DNA from: Anolis carolinensis
Taxonomy: Eukaryota
Direction: 5' to 3'
Assembly (NCBI RefSeq): GCF_035594765.1
Contig: NC_085841.1
Span: 316,395,402 to 316,459,401, forward strand
Length of the DNA: 64,000 bases
Position 1 is the first letter of the stretch, and each line of letters begins with the position of its first letter. Shown here piece by piece: positions 1 to 12,800 of this stretch. A program made the translations under genes and the position numbers. Below the pieces are notes generated by a model that saw nothing but the letters and a program-made list of their open reading frames with translations, did not search any database and had not been told where the DNA came from.

Positions 1-213
1 CATTCCCTTTAAAATGGCCTATGGCGCTTGACCACGGATTGAGATTACTGTCTGTGTTTTAAGTTATTTTAACTTTTGTAAGATGTGTTATTGTGATTTT
101 ATTGTGTTACTGTTTTTATTGATGTAATACTGTTTTGGGCTTGTCTCAGTGTAAGCCACCCCAAGTTCTTCGGGAGATGGAGCGGGGTATAAATAAAGTT
201 ATTATTATTATTA
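1..213 (+). mobile_element. 3' terminal fragment of an L2-like LINE with (TTA)n tail
   Basis: T-rich 3' UTR followed by gtaagccacccc...cttcgggagatggagcggggtataaataaag and ttattattatta; the same terminus recurs at ~5850-5926, ~7560-7625, ~12570-12680 (-) and ~36530-36615 (-). Confidence 0.55.
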
Positions 214-1750
214 ATATCTCAAAGCAGTTTACATACAAAATGTTATAAATCCATTTCTAAAATATAGACCAATACAGTATAAAAGTAGAACAGTAAAACA
301 GCAAGTGGTAGCAATTTTATATATCAAGGAAAGCTTGTGCACGGGTGAGATTCTGGAAAGTGTTGCAATTCTTTAGATTTTTTATACCTTAAATCATAGA
401 CAGAAGGGTATTCCACAGAGTGGATGCTAGTAAAAAACAGTATATCTTCATCATATTATCGCATTTAGAGTCTGGTTTTCATGAAATGACCAATCAGCCT
501 TCCTCTGAGGATTTCAGAGGTCAGCTTAGTGTTGTATTCGGGAGAAAATGGTCTGCTAGCTTTCCTAGTTCTCAGTTACTTAATTGAGAATTGGGAATTT
601 TACACTAAAGAAAAATTAATGTAAAAGCTTGTGTAAAAAGAGGCCAAAAAGCCAATAAATGCAACCCTTGGAGATTGGGACAACACTAACCAGAATTCAA
701 TTTGTGGGAGTACCTACATTGGATGCAATGACAAGAAGTTGGGGACATTTATTTCATTTGTATTCTGATCTGTTTTCAAAGCTCTGAGTAGCATAAATGT
801 GACCATATGATGTCATATAAGCTAAGAAAGTAATCAGCCCGAGGGGTATCCACAGAGGATCATGGCTTTATCCTCATCTCTAGACCAATAGAAGATTTCC
901 TGCTATTATAGCTGCCAACTGTGGGCACCTACTAGATGTTGCTTCTGTTGCCACCACAGGCGTCCACCTTTATTGTATATCCAATAATTATGTAAATAGA
1001 AATTCTCAGAGTTCAAAAATCATATGACAACCAAACACAATACTTTATTAACAGAAATGGAATAAAACAAAGTACCAGTAGATTTGTAATTTAATCCATT
1101 TAAAATAAACATTTCACTCTCACTCATGTTTCTCTACAAAAACTACTAACTTGGACTATTATTTAACTCACATCACACTTTCCACCAATCACTATTCACT
1201 CTCAACATTTCCATTCGTTCATCCCCTCCTGTCAGCTCTATTTTAAAATAATACAATGTTTTACATAATCAAATTATCTCAATATAAAGCAATATGTTCT
1301 ACCAAAAATGGCTATGTGAGAATTTGGCAGCACGGTACTTCAGTTTTCACTTCCAGTCCTTTTGCTTGATAAATTTTACAATTAGATTTGGCTTTTGCAC
1401 TGACACAGCACATTTGTCCCTAGTGAGTTCGTTGTATAACCCCAAACCTCGGAGCTGCTTATGTATTCTTAACTTTATGATATCCTTTCTTTTCGGCTTT
1501 TGTTGTTACTGGCATTGATCTCATATCCTTGTGTCACATCCATTCGCCATATAGATAGATAAATAGACAGACAGACAAACAGACAGAGAGCATGTGTTCT
1601 TCATGCTCTTCTTTGAATGTGAAAATGCTGAATGATTTGTTTGTCAACTGCAAATATTTAAAATATGCTGGCTGTTTCTTAGTTTGTGGATAACATTTAA
1701 GAAAACATATCTGCAAGTATAAGAGATACCGTACTTCTGTTGTACTTTAT

Positions 1751-3498
1751 AGAGTCATAGAGTCATAGAATAGTAGAGTTGGAAGAGACCTCATGGGCCA
1801 TCCAGTCCAACCCCCTGCCAAGAAGCAGGAAATCGCATTCATAGCACCCCTGACAGATGGCCATCCAGCCTCTGTTTAAAAGCCTCCAAAGAAGGAGCCT
1901 CCACCACAGTCCGGGGCAGAGAGTTCCACTGCCGAACAGCCCTCACTGTGAGGAAGTTCTTCCTAATGTTCAGGTGGAATCTCCTTTCCTGTAGTTTGAA
2001 GCCATTGTTCCGTGTCCTAGTCTGCAGGGCAGCAGAAAACAAGCTTGCTCCCTCCTCCCTATGACTTCCCCTCACATATTTGTACATGGCTCTCATGTCT
2101 CCTCTCAGCCTTCTCTTCTGCAGGCTAAACATGCCCAGTTCTTTAAGCCGCTCCTCATAGGGCTTGTTCTCCAGACCTTTGATCATTTTAGTCGCCCTCC
2201 TCTGGACGCTTTCCAGCTTGTCAACATCTCCCTTCAACTGTGGTGCCCAGAATTGGACACAGTATTCCAGGTGTGGTCTGACCAAGGCAGAATAGAGGGG
2301 GAGCATGACTTCCCTGGATCTAGACGCTATTCCCCTCTTGATGCAGGCCAGAATCCCGTTGGCTTTCTTAGCAGCCGCATCACATTGCTGGCTCATGTTT
2401 AACTTGTCGTCCACGAGGACTCCAAGATCTTTTTCACATGTACTGCTGTCTAGCCAGGTGTCCCCCATTCTGTATCTTTGCATTCCATTTTTTCTGCCGA
2501 AGTGAAGTATCTTGCATTTGTCCCTGTTGAACTTCATTTTGTTAGTTTCGGCCCATCTCTCTAGTCTGTCAAGATCGTTTTGAATTCTGCTCCTGTCTTC
2601 TGGAGTGTTGGCTATCCCTCCCAGTTTGGTGTCGTCTGCAAACTTGATGATCGTGCCTTCTAACCCTTCGTCTAAGTCATTAATAAAGATGTTGAACAGA
2701 ACTGGGCCCAGGACGGAGCCCTGCGGCACTCCACTCGTGACTTCTTTCCAAGATGAGGACGACGCATTGGTGAGCACCCTTTGGGTTCGTTCGCTTAGCC
2801 AATTACAGATCCACCTAACTGTAGTTTTGTCTAGCCCACATTTTACTAGTTTGTTTGCCAGAAGGTCGTGGGGGACTTTGTCGAAGGCCTTACTGAAATC
2901 TAGGTATGCTACATCCACGGCATTCCCTATATCGACCCAACTCGTAACTCTGTCGAGAAAAGAGATCAGATTAGTCTGGCATGACTTGTTTTTGGTAAAT
3001 CCGTGTTGACTATTAGCAATGACTGCATCTGTTTCTAAGTGTTTGCAGACCACTTCCTTAATGATCTTTTCCAGAATCTTGCCTGGTATCGATGTGAGAC
3101 TGACCGGACGGTAATTGTTTGGGTCGTTCTTTTTTCCCTTCTTGAAGATAGGGACCACATTCGCCCTCCTCCAATCTGCTGGGACTTCTCCCGTTCTCCA
3201 AGAACTCTCAAATATGATCGCCAGTGGTTCTGAAATAACTTCCGCTAGTTCCTTCAGTACTCTTGGATGTAGTTGATCTGGCCCTGGCGACTTGAATTCA
3301 TTTAGAGCGGCCAGGTGTTCCTGGACAACTTGTTTCCCTATTTGGGGTTGGATTTCCCCAAATCGTTCGTCCATTTCATGTTGCTGAGGTTGAAGATGGC
3401 TTTCTTTTTGTGAGAAGACCGAGGCAAAGAAGGCATTAAGCAGTTCTGCCTTTTCCCTGTCCCCTGTCGCCATCACCCCATCTTCTCCTCGCATCTTC
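1751..3498 (-). mobile_element. 5'-truncated young CR1 LINE
   Basis: Uninterrupted CR1-type RT ORF; CR1 3' UTR with 8-mer microsatellite tail (plus strand agagtcat agagtcat agaatagt); candidate 8-bp TSD TACTTTAT at 1743-1750 and 3499-3506. Confidence 0.95.
1839..3494 (-). CDS. CR1 ORF2 C-terminal part (reverse transcriptase domain; endonuclease lost by 5' truncation)
   Basis: 551 aa with [48 protein letters not shown] and a CR1-type C terminus; no stops; start ATG lies at the truncation junction, so probably not expressed. Confidence 0.9.
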   Translation of the reverse strand: MRGEDGVMATGDREKAELLNAFFASVFSQKESHLQPQQHEMDERFGEIQPQIGKQVVQEHLAALNEFKSPGPDQLHPRVLKELAEVISEPLAIIFESSWRTGEVPADWRRANVVPIFKKGKKNDPNNYRPVSLTSIPGKILEKIIKEVVCKHLETDAVIANSQHGFTKNKSCQTNLISFLDRVTSWVDIGNAVDVAYLDFSKAFDKVPHDLLANKLVKCGLDKTTVRWICNWLSERTQRVLTNASSSSWKEVTSGVPQGSVLGPVLFNIFINDLDEGLEGTIIKFADDTKLGGIANTPEDRSRIQNDLDRLERWAETNKMKFNRDKCKILHFGRKNGMQRYRMGDTWLDSSTCEKDLGVLVDDKLNMSQQCDAAAKKANGILACIKRGIASRSREVMLPLYSALVRPHLEYCVQFWAPQLKGDVDKLESVQRRATKMIKGLENKPYEERLKELGMFSLQKRRLRGDMRAMYKYVRGSHREEGASLFSAALQTRTRNNGFKLQERRFHLNIRKNFLTVRAVRQWNSLPRTVVEAPSLEAFKQRLDGHLSGVL

Positions 3499-4010
3499 TA
3501 CTTTATTTTTTCCCCGGCCATGTGGCTGATAAACCTGACACCAGATTTCCTAGTTTATGTCTTATAAAGCTCTAAGAATTATGCTTTTGATCAGAGGTAC
3601 TATTGTGAAGTGTACATTCCTGGTGATGCATATAGCTGAACACAGCCCATCAATCATACATTCTGTCCTGATTGATACTTGATAACAATGCCATATTTGC
3701 AGTCATAGGCTGACAGCAAAAAAAAGGTTAAGCTTATTGAATCCCTGATAAGGTCCCCTAGAAACTGGACCGTATTTGCTTTGGTGGTAACACATTGAGA
3801 AGGCTTATCAGTAGGGCACACACATGATTAGAGATCTAACCAGCTCACTATTGGTGCCCTACCTATCAGGATTACCAGCGGGTAGTGGGAAACAGTTTCT
3901 AATCTTTGCCAAGCAGGTGTGAGTAATATGTGATTTTGGTTACCCACAATGCCTTTGATAAAGCATTGCTTCAAGGTATTCCTGATAAATAAAATATGGG
4001 GCATCTCCCA

Positions 4011-4225
4011 GGGTACATCTACACTGAAAAATTAATGTAATTTGACATCGCTTTAATTGCCATTACTCAATGCCATGGCATCATGGGAACTGTAGTTTTA
4101 CAAAGTCTTTAGCCTTCTCTGCCAAAGAGTGCTGGTGCCTCACCAAACTAGGATTACATAGTGTTCAGCTATCACAGTTAAAGTGATATCAAACTACGTT
4201 CAATCCACAGTGTAGAGATGCACCC
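4011..4225. mobile_element. PIF/Harbinger-like MITE (palindromic)
   Basis: Termini gggtacatctacactg ... cagtgtagagatgcaccc; related copies near 28520-28710, 41860-42060 and 62234-62435. Confidence 0.55.
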
Positions 4226-5694
4226 CCAGATGCAACCATCACAGGAAAAGGAGACAAGTGGTCATGACCTGCACTAGGCTTTCAGTAGCTGCTAGTACTC
4301 AACTATTTCCAATTGTCTATGCTACACTTTTGATAGTTTGCGATTCATAAATTCCTCAGCTTCCATGGTGGTTATAAAAATAGTTTTACAATGCTTATTT
4401 TTACAAAAATATGTTCTATTTAATACAGGTAAGATAATAATTAAAGCAACAATAACAATAATTCTTTCTCCAAAAGAAGGATTTTCATTATTGACCAAAA
4501 GGAATTTTCATTATGAGCATAAGTAATAACTCCAGTTCACCGAGTATAAAATCTATTGAAATTGAAAGGCTAACACACATTTCTACTTATGCTTTATCTC
4601 TTTTGCTCACTTGATATCTTTTAAGGAACCACCAGCAGGTGGGTAGAAGGTTGCTGTCTGCTGTTATTGACTGTCAAAATGGTGTTTTCTGCGTCTATCT
4701 GGTGTAAGATCCACAGCCATAATTTGTATGAAGGACATACGAGCTCTAAATTATGGAGTTCGAAATTATATCTTAGGAGGTTTACTTGGCAGTAGAGATG
4801 CCAGATAGTCTGGCACATGAGAGGCTTCCAAAATATGTGTAATTCAAGAAGAACAGCAGGAAGAAAATAAAGAAAAACAACCCATGAATTTTCATGCCAA
4901 AACTAGCATGTCATCAAAGGAATAGTTTGAGTCTTGAACAACAAAAAAACCTTTGTAGACTAACACACACTTATTTATATTATTTCCATGAACCTTTCTA
5001 CTGGTTATGTTCACATTGTACTTGGACGTTGTAGTAGCACCACAACTTTTTCATGCCTTGCACTGTTTCCTTTAGAGAATGATAGGGCACATGCATACAA
5101 TCAGAAGAGATATGTGGAAAAACTGAAGCAATGTCTTCCAGCTACCTGGCTTTTCCTTGTCTCAGCCCATATCATTGGAATAAACAGCATTTTTTTTAGA
5201 GATATTGCATAATGCCACCCATGCCCTGGAGTGTAAATCATTTTTTCTTCATGTGCAGTGTACATATATGGTGCTCATGTCCAAAAGTCTATGGTATTCT
5301 GATTCTGTGCCCATCTATCCGTCAGCAGAAGTGCGTGTAATGAAGGATAATTGTTTACTTGTCCCAGTTTTATGTCTCACTACATCCCTCTTTCTCTTTT
5401 TTTTCCTTTGCAGTAAATACCAGCAAAATGCAACAATGCTGAATGCCATGGTTATTTTTCAAATTGAAAAGTTTGATTTGGCATAAGTTTTCATGGACTC
5501 CAGTCCCTTGAAAAGATGCAGCAAGCGGAGTGGAGTTCACAAAAGCTCATCCCAAATCAAATCTGTTAAGATGGCACAAGACACTTTTTTCTGCTGCAGA
5601 CTTATCCCCCCTTAAAATAATTCTTCCCTCAATGTTTATTTTATTTTTATATATACACCAGTTCTAACTTTAATGAGTTCGTTAACCGCCCATT

Positions 5695-5926
5695 ATGTCC
5701 TGGGATTGGACCTCCTAAAGGTTCATGGATGATTGTTAATTTTTTAATGCTATATAGTTATGCTATTTTAACCATGGTTTGTTTAATTTGTTTTTAGTTC
5801 GATACCTGTGTTTTAATTGTATATTTCATGATGTAAATGTGACAGATAGGGCTTGTCCCCATGTAAGCCGCTCCGAGTCCCTTCGGGGAGATGGTGGCAG
5901 CATACAAAAGTAAAGTTATATTATTA
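5695..5926 (+). mobile_element. L2-like LINE 3' end fragment
   Basis: T-rich UTR then gtaagccgctccgagtcccttcggggagatggtggcagcatacaaaagtaaag plus tta repeats. Confidence 0.55.
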
Positions 5927-7150
5927 TTTCTAGGAAATTAACTCTCTTTTCCCTTTGAGAATCTTCTGCAAACTGAAGGAGAATTTCTTTATTAGATGGA
6001 CAACTTTGGAACAAGCCTATAGTACACCAACATAGTTTACAAAAGAAAGCTCATCTTTTTAAATCCACTTCTCTTATATGGATCCAAGTGACATAATCTG
6101 GTGTTTGCATGTGTGTATGTGTGTTTTAAAGGAAAGGTATCATGTTCCTCCCCACATGGGTGGAGACTACATGTCAGGAAAATGTGGTCTGCTTTTAGCT
6201 TGACCTCCTTTGTAACAATGTGTACAAATCTGGGTTGGGAAGAACACGCCCTTTAAAATAATAAAATATTTAAAAATAAGATGTGATAATCACATTATAA
6301 AATAGCAAATGAGAAATAATTGCATGTAACTTCACTTTCTAGACTGAGGTGTTGAAGAAAATAAGTTGTTGGGTGGTGTCTTGTTCTTGTGGGCATCTTT
6401 TGTGCATTTTTTAAAAAGGTTGAAAGCCTTTATAGTTTATGTTCCAGTAGTCTGTATTATCATTCGATACCATCAAGTTGTTTATTGGTTTCCTGATGGT
6501 TTTTCCAGTGATGGTCTTGATTTAGTTCTGTGATACAATTTTTGTCATATAGTGTTCTGATATTTTTTTCCTTTTCCTTTTTCCAGAGATGGAAAGTATC
6601 ATAACTGTGTGGGAACTGTGGCTTTGCGTGCTGGTATTATTATACTTATTTCATTTTTTATCAATTTGTTGGTGTTATAGAAAGGGTTATCCTTTTCCTT
6701 GCACACTTCACTTTCAGTTTTAATATGCAGACTCCAACATATTTTTTGTGAATGATATTAGTCAATATACACCTCATTAGCATATATATGAATGTAAGAT
6801 TTGTCTCCCATTCTTGCAAGACAAGAAGGGAACTGTCCATATATGACAATTCTAGAACCAGGATCTGCTTTAAACAATATGCTGCTGTCAAGTAGGAAGG
6901 GTGTTTCATTCTACTTTTCTTCAAATGAGAAAATAATATGTTTTTTCCCACATTTATGGAAGATTATTTCATGTATGTTCACTACCTGTGAGCAAATCAA
7001 CATTTATGGATTAACCTGGGAGAGATAAATTAGTCTTGCAACAGTGCATGGGATTGCCTCCACTTGTTTCTTTATGACACTATTTCACTTTCTTCACTAA
7101 AGGCCCAATCAGCCACTGTTTTCCCAGTCAACATAGCATTACCTTACTTT

Positions 7151-7236
7151 GTGTTGTTGAAGGCTTTCATGGCTGGAATCACTGGGTTGCTGTGAGTTTT
7201 CCGGGCTGTATGTCCATGTTCCATAAGCATTTTCTC
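7151..7236. mobile_element. Penelope-like element terminal-repeat fragment
   Basis: gaaggctttcatggctggaatcactgggttgctgtgagttttccgggctgtatg resembles the recalled Anolis Penelope repeat; shares tgggtt-ctgtgagttt with 55028-55045. Confidence 0.5.
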
Positions 7237-7629
7237 ATAAATGAAGAATAATGCTGTACTTCACCAAAAAAAGTCTGCTAAGCTCCACAAATAGTTATTT
7301 GTGCTCTGTTTCACCATTTCACATATATTCTGTCCCAATGGGAGACCCTTCTCTTTTCCCCATACAGTAGTGTGCATGTCTACTGACAAATGGAATGGAA
7401 AGGAAATGGATTTGGCAATCTACTTTAACTGGCTTTTAGTGGTTTGAATGATGTTATTTAAGAATAATTATTGAATTTGTTTCAATTCACTGTATAATGT
7501 ATTGTAATGTATTGTGTGGCTTTATATTTTTCTCTTTTGACACTGGCCTTGAATGTTTGTCTTTATTATGTTGGGAGCACCTGAGTCCCCCTGGGGAGAT
7601 AGGACGGAGTACAAATAAAGCATTATTCT

Positions 7630-7850
7630 TCTTGTTGTTGTTGTTACCTGTCCAGTCACCTGATGACTTATGGCTTTATGAATTTGATAGGATTTTCTTA
7701 GGCAAGAAATACTCAGATAGTTTTCCAGTTTTGGTATTTGATTCCTCTGAAATGTAACCTTCCTTGGGTGCTCTCCCATCCAAGTACTAACCAGGCCTAA
7801 ACTTGCTTAGATTCCAAGATCAGATGGGATCTGCTGCCTTAAAGATATTT
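7630..7850 (-). mobile_element. 5S rRNA-derived SINE (5S-Sauria-like), degenerate
   Basis: Reverse complement gives a 5S-like head gatcccatctgatcttggaatctaagcaagtttaggcctggttagtacttggatgggaga followed by a BovB-like tail and (CAA)n. Confidence 0.6.
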
Positions 7851-8251
7851 GGACCTTTCTCTATATCCAGGAAATAGGATTGTGCCTGATACCACTGGCA
7901 TCCTTCACTAAATAGAATATTCATCTACATAAAAGTTTGAGAAAGTTAGATTTTTGGATTGCAACCACCCACCATGATCAGAGCCCTTGCTGGTTTGGAC
8001 TGAAAAATCTGATCAGTTATCAATCCGTTTATTTATATTCCATCTTTATCCAAGGACTAGTACTAAGGGCATCTAATCCAGAAGGCAACTTCGCCAAACT
8101 CTGATCTACTACATGTACCTGTGACAACCTACTCAGTTCTTACAATGAGATTTGGAGTTGGTTCATCAGACAAAATTTGGCTATTATTTCACTACAATTG
8201 CCTATAGGGAAATCTGTACCCATCCCCATCACTCAAGACAACCATAGACAT

Positions 8252-8451
8252 GTTGTTGTTGTTGTTGTTGTTGTTTATTCATTCAGTCGCTTCCGACTCT
8301 TCATGACCTCATGGACCAGCCCATGCCAGAGCTTCCTGTTTGCCATCGCCACCTCCAGCTCCTTCAATGTCAAGCCAGTCACTTCAAGGATACCATCCAT
8401 CCATCCATCTTGCCCTTGGTCGGCCCCTCTTCCTTTTTCCTTCCATTTTCC
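8252..8451 (-). mobile_element. BovB (RTE clade) LINE 3' fragment
   Basis: Encodes WMDGILEVTGLTLKEL...WHGLVHEVMKSRKRLNE (BovB C terminus); (CAA)n tail; 10-bp TSD CCATAGACAT at 8242-8251 and 8452-8461. Confidence 0.85.
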
Positions 8452-8602
8452 CCATAGACATACCACTTTCTTTAGATTTTGACAGTAACATAATGCGGTA
8501 ACTCAACAGCTGTACCACCCTTATTGTCATGCAGTCAGAGATTGCAATTACATCAGTAATGTCTATAATACCGAGCTGACAAATGATTCTATTTTTTTAC
8601 AG

Positions 8603-8664
8603 AGTACCATTCAGCTATTCTGCAATTAAAGAGAGAGCATAAATATGAAGTTGAAAAATTAAAG
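8603..8664 (+). CDS. FMN1: Formin-1 coding exon (coiled coil before FH1): (E)YHSAILQLKREHKYEVEKLK
   Basis: tttttttacag acceptor and AAG/gtaaat donor; 62 nt, phase 1 to 0; matches recalled mammalian FMN1 EYQAAILHLKREHKEEIENLQ and joins in frame to 39702. Confidence 0.9.
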
Positions 8665-10519
8665 GTAAATATTCCTATTCATTTAAATATATTTTTTAAA
8701 ACACTCTTCCTTTCAAAATGGTATAATTCTGTTATGTATTGCATGTTTCCCATCTGGTATATGTATACATTTGTGAGCCACAAAAAAAGCTCATCATTCA
8801 GAATTATGTGTCCAAGGGCATCCAACAGTGATACTGCGTGGAAGAGGTCCAAACAGAAAATGCAGATCCCAAGTGCCATTCTTTTGTTCGTTACTAGCAA
8901 AAAGTGTTCCTTATATGCTTACATTTAGGTTATTCCACATTTTAAGTTAGATGTAGTCTGCAGTTTTTGACCATTTCTTGATTATAATTACATACTTCTA
9001 CTTTAACATCTTTCAAAACTGTATACCTGGACATCTCTCACACCTAGATTTATACACATATTCAACTGTATTCCATGGTGTCAACTCAAGAGTATCTTGT
9101 TGGATGAACGAGTGGATAGTACACTTTAATGTTTCGGTACAAGGCAAAATTTGAAATAGTATTTCAGTGCTATTCTATAAATTAGTGAAGGCAAACAGGA
9201 ATGAGGAACTTGTGACATTACTTGGATATACCTTTTTTGACCACTAGCCATGCTGGTTGAGGTAGATGAGAGTTGAGAGTCCAACAGTCATAAGCTAAAG
9301 GCCCCTTATGACTTATACATCTCATCAATTCTTAGGGAAAGGCATTTTCTACATTATCCACTAGAGGTCAGTTAAGCTTCTTTATTGTACTGTGAAGAAA
9401 ATAATTTAATTGTGTTCCCTACTTGTCAGTATATATGTCTATTAATGGCAAATATATTATATCTTAAAAGTACAGTTTAATAGTGATTGTCTCATCCTAT
9501 ATCTGGCTAGAAATGTTGTGTTGAAGTAACCTAAAGCTACTGTCTGAGATAAAGAATCCCTGCTACAGTACTTAAATGGAAATATTTAAAATTATTCAAT
9601 TATCTTTATTATGTTGAAAAAAGTTAGATATGTAAGTGCCTTTCTGCTCCTAATATCAGTAGGTCTAAATATGTTCAATAGAGTGAACCATCTGAATCAC
9701 TGGCACTTATATAAGTGTTGACTCACCAAGTTTCCATTGATCCAGGAGATTTACTCTGGTTAACAGAAGCAATTGTATATAGCCCTTAGTGAGCAGTTGG
9801 GTAGAATATAGCCTGAATCATTGTCTACATTTTGTTTCCTCAAGTACCAAAGTTACAAGTTAAACTTTTTAAAAGTTTAAATGTGAAAAATCAGATGAGA
9901 TGCCTAGAATATAGCTAAGGAAGTGAGGTTCTCAACATTTCTCTTTCATTTTGTGACCATGATTCTGTTCAGTTTTACGAAGGCAGTAACAATATTCCTG
10001 TTGCCCTTCCAGTCCCTCTATAGCAGGCAAGGACAAACTTTTTTGTCTTGGGGCCCCATTGTGGGCTTGGCCAAGAAGTCCAGGCCAGGATGGAGGGTGG
10101 CCGGTCAAGTGCTGGACGGGATGGGCCCAGAAAGGGAGGACCTGGGAGAGGGCGGGGCTGGAGGGGGGTGGAGCAGGGCTCGGGTCATCCTCGGGTTGTC
10201 CTCCTGGTGGCTCGCCCCATCCATGTGCCGGGAAGAAAACAAGACGTGCAGCGAGTGCCCCCCTGATCTTTAGGCTGTCGTCTCAGCATTATGCTGGGAG
10301 GAGGATGAGACAGGCGATGGCCAAAAGCACTCCGGAGGGCTCTTAGCCACGACATGTTCACACTGTCCTTATGCCAGGAAGAAGGCAAGACATGGGGTGG
10401 CAGAGAGAGCTCCAGAGGGCTCTCAGCTGCTGTGTGCCTTCCTCCCCCATCCTTTCTGCATAACGATGTGGCAGGCCTAGCATGAACCCTATACCCCTGG
10501 ATTTACTGAGCAGCCTCTG

Positions 10520-10520
<1 letters not shown>

Positions 10521-10569
<49 letters not shown>
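10521..10569. repeat. (AC)n microsatellite
   Basis: About 24 AC units. Confidence 0.95.
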
Positions 10570-10570
<1 letters not shown>

Positions 10571-10665
10571 CGTGACCATTCCCTACTTTAAGGGGAGCAG
10601 GCAAGATCACAGATGGATCTGTTCAGATCCCTATAGTCAGGTGTGAAATAATAACAGAAGTGTTG

Positions 10666-10934
10666 TTTTTTTTTCCGTGTCAGGAGCAACCGGAGTTGCT
10701 TCTAGAGTGAGAGAATTGGCCGTCTGCAAGGACGTTGCCCAGGGGGCTCCCGGATGTTTTGATGTTTTTACCATCCTTGTGGGAGGCTTCTCTCATGTCC
10801 CCGCATGGAGCTGGAGCTGATAGAGGGAGCTCATCCGCGCTCTCCCTGGGTGGGATTCAAACCTGGCAGCCTTCAGGTCAGCAACCCAACCTTCAAGTCA
10901 CAAAGCTTTTATCCCCTAGGCCACCGGAGGCTCC
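10666..10934 (-). mobile_element. Sauria SINE (tRNA-derived), full length
   Basis: Minus strand starts GGAGCCTCCGGTGGCCTAGGGG with a B-box-like GGTTTGAATCC and ends in an A-rich tail; 14-bp TSD TAACAGAAGTGTTG at 10652-10665 and 10935-10948. Confidence 0.85.
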
Positions 10935-11088
10935 TAACAGAAGTGTTGAGACCCCCAGAGGAATCTGGTTAATCTCAGTGCTGATGTCATCATTTCATGT
11001 CTGCCTATGGGGATGCCTCTGTGATCCTGCCCATTCCCCACAAAGCAGAGAATGGCTATGTGTGGCTTCTGAAGGAAGAAAGGTAATA

Positions 11089-11411
11089 CAGTAGAGTCTC
11101 ACTTATCCAAGCTAAACAGGCTGGCAGAATCTTGGATAAGCGAATATGTTGGATAATAAGGAGGTATTAAGGAGAAGCCTATTAAACATCAAATTAGGTT
11201 ATGATTTTACAAATTAAGCACCAAAACATCATGTTATACAACAAATTTGACAGAAAAAGTAGTTCAATACGCAGTAATGTTATGTTGTAATTACTGTATT
11301 TACGAATTTAGCACCAAAATATCATGATATTTTGAAAACATTGACTACAAAAATACCTTGGATAATCCAGAACCTTGGATAAGCAAGTCTTGGATAAGTG
11401 AGACTCTACTG
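11089..11411. mobile_element. Tc1/mariner-superfamily MITE, copy 1
   Basis: TIR CAGTAGAGTCTCACTTATCCAAG at both ends, TA TSD. Confidence 0.9.
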
Positions 11412-12571
11412 TACCAACTTATGCATGCTGGCCAACAAGATTGCTCAATGAGTTAAAAGTCAGAACTGTGAAATTCAAAGGAGTCTGTGAAGAAATCCAA
11501 ATAGACTTGGTTATCAGCCACAGAAGTCAGTATGCAAACATATTTTTTAGAATACAAAAAAAATTAGAATACAAAAAATTGTTTCTGCATTACTAATAAT
11601 TGTTCATGTTAATTATCAAGTATCTAAGTGATACAAAAACAATAGTGTTGTGGCATCTTAACAGTGCCAGCAGAAGTAGTGTTTTGTGCTGGATTTATTA
11701 TGGCATGATGTTTTACGTCTGTTCCTCTAGCAGCCTATGAAACATCTTAACAATATGCTCTATGAACTCACTTAAGACTTCATTTTGGGTGGACACACCT
11801 TAAACTGGATTCTAAAATAATTGCGATAATTTTTCTTTCCCACAAGAAATTTCAGCCAGAGTAGTTCAACATGTAGTAGGAAGTTCATGTAGTTTTTCCA
11901 TTGTTATTATTTTTATACATTTGGAATAAAAAGTAAAACCACAGGCCTTTTTCCCCTTTTCTTTTTTCTTCCTTGGAAACATTCTTACCCCTTTATAGAA
12001 AATATTCCAGAAGAAGGGGGGAGGGGGGAAGGAGGGATCATGTAAACTTGCTGTTTAGTGTGACACAGAGAAAATGTACAAACACACTGATGGAAGCTAT
12101 TGGGAAATTGGCATTCTGATCAAAAATAAGTTTACTTGGATGTCTGCCCAGTCAAGCTCAATGGAACTTATTCCTGAGACATAATGCCTGCAGTAATTAA
12201 GTTGAGGGGTTTTTTTTTATCAAAGCAATTGTTAAATAAAATTCCAATTGCCCACCTTATAAAACATAAAGAAAAACTTTTTAAAAATCACATGAAATTC
12301 ACTGGATAATCTTTGTTATAAAAAAGCTTGAAAACCTTTGGCTTTTTTGAGTTTAGAAATTAGGTTTGCAAAGGTTTATGAGCCAGTCCTATTTTTGAGC
12401 TCAGTAGGATTACTTCAGTGTAAACACATTTAGGATGGTACTATAAATAGGCTCTGAATTTGTTCAATGTGTGCATATAACGTGTCAGACTTCCTTTTCA
12501 TTTGTGATTTGTATATAACTATCATGGATATTGAGTGGGGATCTTTTGACTTGAAGTTAATGAGAAGAGAA

Positions 12572-12618
<47 letters not shown>

Positions 12619-12800
12619 CAACAACTTTATTTATATTCCACCCTATCTCCCCGGAGGGACTCAGAGCAGATTCGAAACATAAAAGGCAAATATTCAATGC
12701 CTGAACACAACAACAATACACACATAATAACAAAAATTGACAACCCAAAATATAAAAACAAATTATGACTTAACAACTAAACTTAAATTAAAAACGCAAC
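12572..12800 (-). mobile_element. L2-like LINE 3' end with long (AAT)n/(AAC)n microsatellite tail
   Basis: (aat)n(aac)n at 12572-12624 followed by tttatttatattccaccctatctccccggagggactcagagcag. Confidence 0.6.

Noticed and set aside
5490-5590. Further Penelope/hammerhead-like relics (also ~4950, ~11650, ~17170)
   Set aside because: Too degenerate to support core motifs by eye.
7765-7850. 5S rRNA gene (also ~45750-45830)
   Set aside because: Degenerate, partial and joined to LINE-like tails; these are SINE heads.
9923-10579. Cluster of GC-rich ORFs (also 25932-26487, 50409-51037)
   Set aside because: Low-complexity or transposon-derived GC-rich sequence with no coherent protein or splice pattern.
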